In this document: in pieces, positions 37,804 through 49,679 of the stretch
Numbering within the stretch: position 1 is the stretch's first letter
Layout: each line of letters opens with the position of its first letter
Assembly: GCF_009834535.1 (NCBI RefSeq)
Contig: NC_045697.1
Span: forward strand, 30,878,001-30,942,000
Reading direction: 5' to 3'
Length of the DNA: 64,000 bases
Source: Camelus ferus
Taxonomy: Eukaryota
Position numbers and translations under genes: made by a program
Notes under the pieces: model-generated
What the model was told of the DNA's origin: nothing
Database searches by the model: none
Seen by the model: the letters and a program-made list of their open reading frames with translations, nothing else

Positions 37804-38472
37804 CCCATGCGATTTGCTTTGGCCAAAAGGATGTTAACAAACGTGGTACGTCAGAGGCTGTAAGAGTGCTGCTCTTTGGTACCCTGACATAACCATATGA
37901 GGAAGCCCGGGGTTGCCTCTTGGAGGACGAAGTACCATGTGGAGCAAAGACCAAACAGTCCCAGCTGAGGCCACCTCCAGAACCACCAGCCTGACAACTG
38001 CCAGGTGTGTGAATCAGGCCACCCCAGACCATCCGGCCAGACTGGAAGAATCACCCAGACGAGAGATAATAAACGTCGGTTTTTTAGGATGTTTGAGGTG
38101 ATTAATTATTCAGGAAATCCTAAGTCATATGCGTTCTAATGTGATAAGATTTAATTTGCGGTTGTTCTAGAGAGCAGAACCATCTCGAGATTCTTGCCAA
38201 TTTTGAAATGCTGTGGTCTTAGGATTGATTTTTCTGATCAGCACCTGAAAGTTACAGAAAGGCGGGTTTCACTGAATGGAAATGAAGACTTTCTAATAAC
38301 TGATCTGTCAAACAGTGGAGCTGGCTGTCATCTGAGGGACGGTTATAAAACTTGGTGTCGTTTGGGAGGCTGAATTAAAATCTCTAATATCCATTTCAAA
38401 TCGAAGACTTTAAGGAAAAATAGTTTGGATTTTAGAGTTTTAGAAACGGGGAAAAAATCATTGGTGATTTAG

Positions 38473-38784
38473 TGTTCTTTCAATGCATTGTTCATGCCAG
38501 AAATTGTGAAAAAGCCAACAGTTACTCAGCATACCCTGTAAAATTCCCAGTGTCTGCTGGCATTATTGAATGTTTTCCTCCTGTATTCAGTGCTGGGCCA
38601 AGAGCTGGAAGTGAGCCTTTGACTTTGGGTTTCTGTGCTGCCATCTCCACTTCATTTTGTCTCTTGTAGTTCCCAGGGCTAGAAACACTTTGGTTTCTTG
38701 CCAACTGGTGAATCAGTATGAAACTAACGTGGCATTGGGCCAAGACTGAAATTGACGGACTAGCGCCAGAATCAGGGCCACAAG
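38473..38784 (+). pseudogene. Two fossil exons (38473-38610, 38670-~38784), one Ig domain
   Basis: MPEIVKKPTV / IIECFPPVF / CWAKSW, then donor gtgagc at 38611 and acceptor ttttgtctcttgtag ending 38669, then KHFGFLPTGE / TNVALGQD / QNQG. Several frameshifts needed. Confidence 0.4.
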
Positions 38785-39630
38785 GCAACCCTCTAGAATG
38801 ATGTCACTTATCTATTGACATAGCCCCAAAAGGAGGATCATGAAAATAGCCAAAGAGAAATGAACAAGATAATAAGATGCTTGGAATGGCTTCTAAGAAA
38901 CACAGGTAACCAGGAAAGGCCATGCTTGGGATGTAGTACATTGAGGATAGTTATGTTAAATAAAACATAAAGAGGATTTAATTCATAAATGTTTTACTGG
39001 CCAATAGTAGACCCTAGTCAGGCTTTAGCTATAGTAAGATTTTCTGTGCTCTCTCAGGCCAGTAAAAAATTTCTTTAAGCTTCTTTCTTGGAGGGATTGG
39101 TCTTGAATTATCTCTGAACTTTTGTAGAAGAGTAAAATTCTATTACTACCTGGAGGCAGTACTCTCAGATATTAAAGTGAGGGTGCAAAACTTCTTTAAT
39201 TCATTTATATTTCATTTAGAGTGTTGAAATTATAATTCATTGAATGCTTCCTGAATGCTTGGCACTGAGAGAAGGAATTTACATTCGTTATCGTATGTAT
39301 TCATCACTATGACCATGTTATACAAGTAAAAGATCTAAGGCTGAGTATTGTCACAAATCTAGTAGATAGATTTCTGTGCTTCAGTTTTCTCATCTTTAAA
39401 ATAGATGTTTATCCTAGTTATAACTTACCAATTTTGTATATATTAATAATTATTGGCAAAGAATATCCAGAAAACAACACTCTAATATTTTATAGTCTGT
39501 AATTTAAAATCATTTCAGTATAAACAGTGTTATCTGAGTGCCTGTATAAGTAAATGCTAATCTATACCTTAGAGGTGGCATTTGAAAGACCCTGAGAAGA
39601 ATCAACAACCATCCAAAGGTGATTACCTAG

Positions 39631-40003
39631 TATCTTAATCAGTTTGTGCTGTTAGAATAAAATACATAGACTGGGTGGCTTAAACAATAAATGTTTATTT
39701 CTCACAGCTCTGGAGGCTGGAAAGTCCCAGATCAAGGTGCCAGCAGATTTGCTGTCTGCTGAGAGCCCCCTTCCTGGTTTGCAGAGGCGTACTTTCTTGC
39801 TGTGTCCTCACACAGCAGAGAGAAAGAGGGCTCTGGTCTCTTCCTCTTTTCAAATGTGCACTAATCCCATTGTGGGGGTTCCACCCTTATGACTTCATCT
39901 AAACCTAATTACCTCCCCAAGACACCACCTCCAAATGCCATCACATTGGGGGTTAAGGCTTCTACATAGGATTTTGGGGGACACAATCATTTAGTCCATA
40001 ACA
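39631..40003 (-). mobile_element. MLT1A0-like LTR
   Basis: 'agactgggtggcttaaacaa...tttatttctcacagctctggaggctgg...agtccataaca'. Confidence 0.9.
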
Positions 40004-40044
40004 CTTAGCATTTTAAATATCATTCTCAAAATTTGTATCAGAGT

Positions 40045-40810
40045 GATACAGTCATTATGGAAAACAGTATAGCGGTTCCTCAAAAAAATTAAAAATAGAA
40101 CTACCATGTGATCCTGCAATCCCATTTCTGGATGTATGTCCAAAAGAGATGAAAAAAGGATATCTACATTTCCATGTTCATTGCAGCAATAGTCACAGTT
40201 AGCCAAGATATGGAAACAACCTAAGTGTGTGTCAACAAATAATGGATAAAGAAAATGTATTATATATACACATATATAATGGAATATTATTAAGCCCATA
40301 AAAAGGAAATCCTACCATTTGTGACAACATAGATAAACCTGGAGTTCATTACGCTAAGGGAAATAAGCCAGTTGGAGAAAGACAACTACTGTATGGTATC
40401 ACTTATATGTGGAATATAAAAAAGAAAAATAAAGAAAAAAGCACCAATCTCACTGAAACAGAGAAGAGAATGGTGGTTGCCAAGGTGTAGAGGGTAGGAG
40501 AAATGAGGAGAAATAAGGTGATGTAGGTCAAAGGGTATAAACTTTCAGTTATAAGATTAATTCTGAGGAGCCAATGTACAACACGTGACTATTAGCAAAA
40601 CTGTATATATACTTGAAAGTTGCTGAGAGTAGGTCCTAAGTGTTCTTGTCACTCCACACACACACACACAAGTTAACTATTTGAAGTGATGGACATATTA
40701 AATAACTTGATTTTGATAATCATGTAACAATGTATACCAAATCATCATATTGTATATTTTTAATATGTACAATTTTATTAAATTGTTCAATTATTCCTTG
40801 ATAAGAAGGG
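40045..40810 (+). mobile_element. L1MA-type 3' end
   Basis: 'ggaaaacagtat...cctcaaaaaattaaaaatagaactacca' through the 3' UTR. Confidence 0.9.
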
Positions 40811-41474
40811 GATAAAGGGAAAGTCCATAGCAGAAGTCTGTGCGTGCTAATTAAGGAAATGTAAGAGGCTGGTTGACTCAGTAAGCTGAGTGTGCACCAG
40901 GGTGCTGGGTGGTTCTTTTCTATTTAGCAAAGTGCCTTCTGAAGGCTGTCCAACAGGATCAGCGTGGTCAGAGAGCATCTGCCTGGGGGTGGGACTGCCC
41001 TGGAGAGAGAGATCAGTGTTTCCCTTTCAGGAAGCTTATTGAGTAGGATGTACACCTGGCTGCTTCACTGCCCACTCTACGCCAACTAAGAAATTCACTT
41101 GTTTGAAGTTCAGATCAACATGTAACATCAAGCAAAATAATTTGCTGTTCAGTTACAAACATCTAATAATAGCGAGCATTTGTGCTTAGTATGCACCAAG
41201 CATTGTTCCAAACAGTCTACAGGTATTCATATATTTGACCTGTACAAGGCTCCACAAAGCAAGCACTGTTGTTATTACTGTTCTGTACAAGAGGCGAACA
41301 AGATACAGAAAGGTCAAATGATTTGCCCAAGGCCACATAGTTAATAAATGCCAGAAGTGAGATTTGTACCCAGACGTCTGTTCCAGACTCTGCACCACTT
41401 GAGAGTTGATTTCCCTGGTGCGTAAAGCTGGAAAAAAGACAGACCACAGTGATGTTCTGGTTTTTTTCCTCTAG

Positions 41475-41868
41475 CTGCACAGTGTCCCCGGTTTTGAGAT
41501 TCCCTGATTTATGTGTTCATTTCCCCTACTAGTTAGCAAAACTAACTAAGGGACACATCAAAGAGCTTCTTGGGGCTCCAATTCATAAGGAGATACTAAA
41601 ATCTCACTGGAGTGAATGGGGAGTATGGTGTTTATCAAGCCACAGTTCTATAAGTAATTCCTTACACACCCAGCACAGTGTGTATCATTCCTGCTCTCTA
41701 CCTCTGACTACACGGGGCCAACAAACAGAGACTTTAAAGAGATTCCCCACAGGTGTTCTTTATTTCCGAGTACTCTCTTTGGGATATATGGGTATAGTGC
41801 GTTGTGAAACCAGCCAGTGACAGCTCCCTGAAGTTGGCACTCATACTCATCTGAAATTCTGGCTTGGG
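41475..41868 (+). pseudogene. Two fossil exons (41475-41653, 41753-41868), one Ig domain
   Basis: tttttttcctctag| AQCPRF*DSLIYV ... GAPIHKEILKSHW |gtaatt. The second exon after ttccccacag reads GVLYFRVLSLGYMGIVRCETS in one frame (Ig 'G.L.F......G...CE'). Confidence 0.5.
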
Positions 41869-42212
41869 GTAGTGCTATTTGAGGAGAATGAGTGCTTTAT
41901 TTTATTATCTAGCGTTTGAACCATTAAGTATGCCTCCCAAGACTTCATTCAGTTTGAAAATTGCAAAAAAAAAAAAAAAAAAAAAGACGGAAAAGAGATC
42001 AAGAACTACAAAAAAGTAGGAACTGTTTTGCCAACATAGCAGCCAGAACACTTTCAAATATTTGTTGAACAATTCGCTGTAGCTAGTCTTGTAACCTTGA
42101 TCTTTAATAAGTATGAATTATTAACATTATTTAATTATGAATGACAGAAAACTGTGACCAGGAAGAATTTCCCAAATAAAAGCAAATGTTAATTATAGTT
42201 TTAATGCATGAT

Positions 42213-42250
42213 TTGGAAAGCAGCTATGTTCACCACTATACCACCAACAT
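42213..42250 (-). pseudogene. Tailless retropseudogene of the 5' half of tRNA-Gly(TCC)
   Basis: Reverse complement ATGTTGGTGGTATAGTGGTGAACATAGCTGCTTTCCAA versus tRNA-Gly GCGTTGGTGGTATAGTGGTGAGCATAGCTGCCTTCCAA. Direct repeat taatgcatgattt at 42202-42214 and 42250-42262. Confidence 0.92.
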
Positions 42251-42611
42251 AATGCATGATTTTGAAATAAAGAAAATACGTCATTTTATTAGTAAGATAT
42301 TAGTTTCTTTCCACTGCCACTAAATGAATGTTGAATAATAAGTTAAAAAATTGTCTGTGCAGAGCACGTGTCTCAGGTTGTCCCTTAAGGCATGTGAGCT
42401 CCTTTATCCCCGATTGTGTCTTTCCATTGTTGATATTTTTCAATGTTTTCTTGAATGCATGCATAAATGAATTATTGAAACAAAATAGATCTATACAGCT
42501 TTGATATGTAGAGATCCTTTCTAATTTAGTTGCTCCCCTCCCCCCTGCCCTGTGTGTGTCCTGGATGATTGCATTTGTATACCATCTGAGCAAATAAATT
42601 ATGTTAATTCC

Positions 42612-43082
42612 TGTTATAGGTTGAGTTGTTTAATCCCTTAAATTCCTATGTTGAAGTCCTAATGATCCCTTGTACCGCAGGATGTAATTTTATTTGGAGA
42701 CAGTGTTGTTGCAGATGTAATTAGTTAAGATCAGGTCATGTTGGGGTAGTAAGGGCTCTGAACCAGTATGACTACTGTCCTTATAAAAAGGGGAAATTTG
42801 GACACAGCCACATACACAAGGAGAATGCCATGGGAAGACAAAGGCAGAGATCAAGGTGGTGCTTCTACAAGCCAGTGAATGCCAGAGACTGCTGGCAAAC
42901 CAGCAGGAGCTGGGGGAGAGGCCTGGGGGGCTCGTCCTCACAGCCAGCAGAGGAACCAACCTTGCCAGCACCTTGATGGTGGGCATCTAGCCTCCAGAAC
43001 TGGGAGACCACACATTTCTCTTGTTTAGGCCACTCAGTTTGTGGCATGCACTCTGTTTCTGCAACCCTAGCAAACTAATATG
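42612..43082 (+). mobile_element. MLT1B-like full LTR
   Basis: 'tgttataggttgag...ttgcagatgtaattagttaagat...gcaaccctagcaaactaata'. Confidence 0.9.
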
Positions 43083-43483
43083 ATTCCATCCTTTAATGAA
43101 AGGAGGATAGATTCATGTGTCTGGGATGGGGTGGCTCTGCGATTTTTCCCTTCATGTTGTTTGGGACATCCTCTAATTACAGAATTACTTTTAAACGCTG
43201 TCGGTTTCAAGAACTAAAGCCAAAGGTAGTCTCTATACTCTATACTGGATGTTACTGGGGACTTTTGAGCTTGAGTGTTTAAAGATATACTTTATTTTCC
43301 ATGTAAAAGGTTTTTCCAAAATTTTTTAGTTTTATATATATTTAAGGAAGTGTATATAAAGCCAAGATGCTTTGAAGTCTCTAGTCATTATGATTATTTA
43401 ATCTGCTAAAAATAGAAAAGTTGGCTGGTAATTTGCCTTCATTTTTCTTCCTGGAAATCTAGTATTTCAATTTTTTTTATCAG

Positions 43484-44061
43484 CATGAATGTTTTTATGG
43501 GCTGTAAAGTTTAACAGTGCAAATAATTTGCAGCTGAAATGCATTTGTAGCATCCACGGTAAAAAGGTCTTGGAGCCTGAGGAACAAATGGTACATCACA
43601 AACCAGTTTTTAAAAATACCCCGAGAATTCTTTGTTTTTTGAGGGTCATGGCTGGTGAGCATAAATCTCACAAGCGTTCCCCAGATTTCCTTCACAGCTG
43701 AAAAGATAAAACCCACCTTTCCAATTATACTTTGAAAAAATAAGGAAGGATGTGCAAATTACAAGGCTTTGGTATCTCTAGAACTGTTTAGTCTTCTGTG
43801 GAAATAAACAGACACTCTTCTCACTGATTTGTGTTTAAAACCTCAAAGTTTAGTGTTAAAAAAAATAATGTTTCCATGTTTTGTGATTTTTGACTCCTGA
43901 GAACTTGTTGGAACTTGTGTTAGTGTAAATTATGCTTGTGATAGGTGAATATTAATTTACTCCACAGGGAGCATGGCGTGTTCAAGATTTCCTAAAAACA
44001 GATTTTTAATTCATACTTCATGTACTATGCTTATAATGTCCTTATTTTAATTCGTTGTCTG
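43484..44061 (+). pseudogene. Two fossil exons (from 43484 and from 43968), one Ig domain
   Basis: ttttttttatcag| FLWAVKFNSANNLQLKC (ORF 43489) with a shifted KWY. After ttactccacag|: WRVQDFLKTDF/NSYFMYYAYNVL (Ig 'D...Y.C.A.N.L'). Confidence 0.45.
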
Positions 44062-45311
44062 GGTGTATTTACTAGGAGGTTCATGTCTGTCCCCACCTAC
44101 TTCTATCTGCAACCCCCATCCCCCTACACCTTCTGGTTATTTTGAGGAGGCTCCCAGACATTACATCATTTTATCCATGAATATTTAAGTTTGTCTCTCT
44201 AAAAGATAACAAATTGCTTAAAAACGTAACTGCGATTCCACTACACACCTAAAAAATTGACAGTAATTCCTTAATATCAAGAAGTGTTGAGTCATTATTC
44301 AGATTTCCCTGATTGTCTCTAAAATAATTTTTTAATCTTAGGCTGTTTGAATCAATTTCCAAACAATATTCACACATTCACTTGGTTTTCACGTCTCGTT
44401 TCTCTTAATCTATAAATTCCTCCTATCTCTTTTTTTCCCTTAACAAGTTGTTGAAGAAACAAAGCAATTTATCTTGTAGAGTTTCTTTAATTTTGGACTT
44501 TGATGATTGCTTCCTTATGGTGTCATTTAACTTGTATTTTTGCCGCCTGTATTTCCTGAAAACTGGCAATTCGATCTAGAGTCTTAGCTTGATGGTTTGA
44601 TCTGATTTGGGGTTTTTTTTTTTTTTAGGAATACATGATAGATGATGTCTGTCTCCCTTTTTATGTGTGTGATGTTAATAGTTATTGTTAAGCATTACCT
44701 AGATTTATTACTACCTAACATTTCTTCATTATTTAATAGCTGGAATATTACACTTTCCACTTCACACCAAGTGTTATATTTCTAGAACTACAGAAGATTC
44801 CTTGATAGACCTTAGGCTCTTTGAGAATTTATGTGACCTCAATTGACCCTTAAAATAATCCTGAGCAGTATTACTGTCCTCATTTTACAGACAAATTAAA
44901 TCACCTGTCTAAAGTTTCATGGCAGAACTAGAATTTTTGGAACCTGCTTTCCTGATTCCTATCCATGCTGTTTCAAAGCAGTGTTACTGATGAGGCACAG
45001 AGATCATAAAACTTCCATTTGTAAAGGAACAAACAATTCCATGGTTATAGAATGCTCAGAGTGTGCTCAGAATCGCTCATCACTCAACAGGCAAAAAAAT
45101 ACACCGTGTATCTTGAGAAAGCCTAAAGAAAATAAGTACAGGCTGACCCCAGAGTCCCTAATGCCTTCCTTTCTGTTGTCCTCCTGTTTGGGAATAATGT
45201 CCTTCTCTTTTATGAGCTTGACCTCCAAGAGAGAATTGGGCTTGATTATCATATGCACAAGGTGATATAACTGTGGCCCTGCTTTGAAATGCGTTAATAA
45301 GAATGTTAGGT

Positions 45312-46277
45312 TGATCTCTTATTGTAGTTTTGACTTATAGCTCCCTGATGACTAGTGATGTTGAGCACCTTTTCATATACCCTTTGGCCATTTGTATGTC
45401 TTCTTTGGAGAAATTTGTATTCAAGTCCTTTGCCCATTTTTAAAATCAATTTTTTTTTTTTTTTGCTATTGAGTTATAGGAAGGAGTTTTAAAGTATATT
45501 TTGGATATTAACCCTTTATCAGATGTATGGTTTGCAAATGTTTTCTCCCATTCTGGAGGTTGCCTTTTGACTTTGGTGATTGTTTCTTTTGCTGTGCAGA
45601 ATCTTGTTAGTTTTATATAATCCCAGTTGTCTATTTTTACTTTTGTTGTCTGTGCTTTTGGTGTCTAAGCATCAAGATCTGAGAAATCATTGCCAAGGTC
45701 AGTGTCAAGAGACTAATTCCTTATGTTTTCTTCTAGGAATTTTATGGTTTCATGTCTTACATGTAAGTCTTTAATTCATTTTTCTGTACAGTATAAGGAA
45801 AGGGTCGAATTTTATTCTCTTGCACTTGGATATCCGGTTCTCTCAGCACTATTTAATGAAGAGACTATCCTTTCCCCATTGAGTACTTTGGGCATCTTTG
45901 TTGAGGATCAGTTTACTCCATACGTGTGTGTTTATTTCTGGGATCTCTATTCTGCTCCTTTCGTCTATATCTGTTTTTATGCCAGGTACCATATGCTGTT
46001 TTAACGTTGCAGTTTTGTAAAAATGATGTATGTATACTTACAAATTTTGTAACAGGATAGATCTTATGTTAGGATCTTATAAATAAATAAATAAATAAAT
46101 AATCAAACAAATAAATAAATAAGGTGGGAGGAAACTTGGATGTGATGGATGTGTTTATGGCGTTGAGTATGGTAATGGTTTCATGAGTGTATATGTACCT
46201 CCAAACTCATCAAATTATATACACTAGAGATAGCTTTTTATAAGTTAACATTTCAATAAGGTGGTTTTAAAAAAAAG
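45312..46277. mobile_element. L1MB-type element with inverted 5' part (minus ORF2 piece ~45312-46020, plus 3' end ~46021-46277)
   Basis: Antisense ORF2 motifs ('gttgagcaccttttcatatacc') directly joined to a sense 3' UTR ending 'caataaggtggttttaaaaaaaa'. Confidence 0.7.
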
Positions 46278-46580
46278 AATATTGAGCCAGCATGTGTACG
46301 GTAAATACAGCATAAATTATGTTTCGTGTAGAAAAATAAAGGAGGGAGGACATGAGGGGAAATCTTAGAATATATATAACAATAATATATACATATACAC
46401 TTTTCTACTTTATTTCTTTGAAGATATTATGCTGCTTTTTTATTCTGGACCCAGTGGTTCCAATTGTTATAATTCATGTGCATCTATTGTTTGGCTTTCT
46501 GTAGTGACTCTTGGAGGGGGGGTCTCGTTATTTAGGCTTCTGAATGAGTGTGTGTGTAATTATGCTTGTTAATTCTGTAG

Positions 46581-46853
46581 ACTGAAGTGATAAACACTCT
46601 ACCAAACTGTACAAAGTACATTTAAAGAAACAAAGTGATTCCTATTGATTCCTTTTTAACTGTATGGGAGTCAGTCACTAGGGTAAATCGTCTGAAGAAA
46701 GGCTTGGCGGACGTCAGTTCATACTGCTTTCCTCCTCAGGAGGCTCATTTTTCCTGCCCCTTATGCGTAGGTTGAATTCCTAAATATGGGACATTGGACA
46801 TGGTAGTACTCACAGTCTATAAACAAGAGACTCACAAGGAAAAGGCCTTTTTA
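46581..46853 (+). pseudogene. Possible fossil exon, Ig-like
   Basis: ttctgtag acceptor. FNCMG and, near the end, KYGTLDMVVLTVYK (Ig 'N.YG.....LTV'), then gtaac. Confidence 0.35.
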
Positions 46854-46884
46854 AGTAACATGCGCTACATGTAACATAATTTCA

Positions 46885-48474
46885 GCAAGTGCATTTCGAC
46901 CCCCTTCTCTCTCTCTTCTCCTTTTGGACCCCCTATGACGTGAATGTTGGCATCCTTGATGTTCTCCTGAATATCCCTTAAACTGTTCTCATTTTTAAAA
47001 TCTGTTTTTCTTTTTGCTGTTCTGATTGGGTTTTTTCCATGATTTTATCTTCCAGATCACTTATGCATTCTTCTGTATCACCTAATCTACTGTTTAGTTT
47101 TTTACAGTGTGGTTTTCATTTCATTTTGTATTCTTCAGTTCTGACTGGTTCTTTTTTATGTTTTCTAGTTCCTTGTTAAAAATTCTCACTGTGTTCATCT
47201 ATTCTTTTCCCTAATTTAATTAACATTCTTATTACTAATGCTTGGTAAATTGTTTATTTTTGTTTCATTAGTTTTTTTTTTTCTTCAGGGGTTTTCCCTT
47301 GCTTTTTCAATTGAGACAAATTCCTTTGCCTTTTCATTTTGCTGATCTTTCTATCTGTCAGTGAAATTAGGTGAAACAGTTACCTACTGTGGTATTGAAG
47401 GGGTATCCCTCTGTGAGAATGTCCTTATACAGTCTGTGTGTGCCCACTGGCTTTGGTGGGAGAGCTGGATTTGATGTGAACACAAGTCACATCTTTCCTC
47501 GGGGTGTGCTGGCAGCTATCACCTTGGTCGGAGGTGGGGCTGGAGAAGGAGGGGCTGGGGCTGGAGCGGAGTGTGAGGTGAGGCTTCCTCTCTCTTCAGT
47601 GGCCTTTACAGCTCTATTAGGGGTGGGGTTGCTGGAGCAGAAGCCCTGAGGGTCGGCCTGAGCTGGCTCAGTTCCCTTTAAGTGTATGCTTTTCCCCTCC
47701 CATCACCAGTACCCTAGCCTGAGAAGGGAGCATGCTGGGGCAAGAGGGGCTGGCTGGGTGTTTGGTGAAGATCAGGGCATGGACTGCTTTGGTCTGGCCA
47801 CTGTCAGAGATCCAGACTGCCTGTGCAGGCATCAGAAATGCTGCCCCTCCCTGCTCAGGCACCATTTAGGGACTGAACTACCTCAGTGTCTCATGGCCGA
47901 GCTGTTCCCTCAGGTGTGGCGGCCCTCTCTCCAGTGTGGAGCTGTGACCTGAGGCACGTGGTGCTGGAGCGTTCACTGGGCTCAGTCTGGGTGCGAGCTC
48001 AGGTGGTTGCTGGAAACCAGTCAGCCACCTGTGTGGTTTCAAGCCACCCTCTCCTTCCTGCGTTGGGAGCAAGCAAGCATCTGTGCGGTCCTCACCAGCA
48101 AAGTCCAGGCTTCCCACAGCCCTCCTGTTAGTTCCCCCAGCCATCTAACCAGCCAAGGGGGCCTGTCTTTCCTTTTTCAGACCCCAGGGCTGGGTGCCCA
48201 GTATGTGCTTGAACCACTCACTCCCCAGGGAGGATCTCTGCCTGTGTAATCTCTCCTTTCCTCTGAGTCCCCCTCCCACGGGCACAGGTCTCATAGCTTC
48301 TCTTCCCTTCCTATCTGATTCTGTGTGGATCTTTTTACAGCCGTGGTTATACAGGAGTCTTTCTGCCAGTTTCCAGTTGGTTTTCATTAAGAATTCTGCA
48401 TGTGTATGTGTTTTTGATGTGTTTGTGGGGGAGTTGAATCCCTGTCCTCCTACTCTGCCATCATGATCAATCTC
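46885..48474 (-). mobile_element. L1 (or HAL1-like) 5' UTR plus start of ORF1
   Basis: The right end reads gagattgatcatgatggcagagtaggagg on minus (L1 5' start type). GC-rich UTR ~47400-48474, then T-rich antisense ORF1 coiled-coil region. Confidence 0.75.
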
Positions 48475-48738
48475 TTCCCCTGCTGTTTCTAAAAGCTCGC
48501 CCAGGATGATGCAGGGTGGGGGCAGACTCCTGCTCTTCAGCACACATTATCCGGCAGGCTGGCTGATACAGCTGATAGCCCCAGGGGAACACAAGCTCAC
48601 AGAATAAAATAACTAGATTCCCAAAGAATTCATAAAGGATAGATAATGAAACATACATGACAGGAATTAGAAGTATGGTGACAGATAAGTCAAGAATTTA
48701 AAAGAAGCACAGTAAAGACCCTCAAAGAGCTAAGGGGG

Positions 48739-49679
48739 TTGTCTTTGTTTCCCATTGCTGTTGTAACAAATGACTGAAAACTTAGTAGCTTAAAACAATA
48801 CATACAATTCTCCTATAAAACTAGAGTTTAGAGTCCAAAATGAGTCTTATGGGGCTAAAAATCAAGGTATCAACATGGCTAGTTTCTTCTGGAGGCTCCA
48901 GGGGAGACTCTGTTCCTTGTCTTTTCCAGTTTCTGGAAGCACTTACGTCCCTTGGCTTATGGCTCCTTCTTCCCTCCATTTTCAAAGCCAGCAGTGTAGT
49001 ACCTTCTCTCTTCTCTGACCTCCTGCCTCCCTCTTGGAAGGACCCTTGTGATTACACTGGGCCCACCGGGATACTCCAGGATAATAACCCCATGTCAAGA
49101 TTGTTAAGTTAACCACATCTGCAAAGTTCCCTTTGCCATGCGTCCTGGGTTGAACAGTGTGCCCCCAAAATACGTGTTCATGTCCTACTTTCTAGTACCT
49201 GTGAATTGTCTTTATTTGGAAATAAAATCTTTGCAGATGTAATCCAGTTAAGATGAGGTCATACTGGATTAGAGTTGGCCCTCGTCCAGTGACTAATATG
49301 CCTTGTAAGAAGAGGGAAATTTGAACACAGGTGCACAGAGAGAATACCATTTGATGACATAGGTAGAGATTGGGATGATGTGCCTAGAAGTCAAGAAATG
49401 CCAAGGATTGTGGGCAACACCAGAAGCAAAGAGAAAGGTATGGGACAGACTGTCTCCTAGAGTCTTCAGAGACAGCATGGCCTGCTGACACCTTGATTTC
49501 AGGTGCTTAGCCTATAGAGCTGTCAGGGAATACATTTCTGTTGTTTTAGGCCAGCCAGGTTGTGGTACTTTGGTATGACACTGCTAGGAAACTAATACAC
49601 ATGTAAGGTTATATATTCACAGGTTCCAGGGGTTGGGATGTGGACGTATTTGGGGGGGGCCAATATTCAGCCTTCCACA
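48739..49679 (-). mobile_element. MLT1C/D LTR containing a second, opposite-strand MLT1B/C LTR (49141-49599)
   Basis: Outer LTR 'tttgccatg|...|catgtaagg' is split by an inner LTR ending ggaaactaataca, with CATG duplicated. Confidence 0.9.

Noticed and set aside
47371..48658. Cluster of GC-rich ORFs suggesting a gene or CpG island
   Set aside because: They lie within the L1 5' UTR relic, and CpG is depleted relative to GC content.
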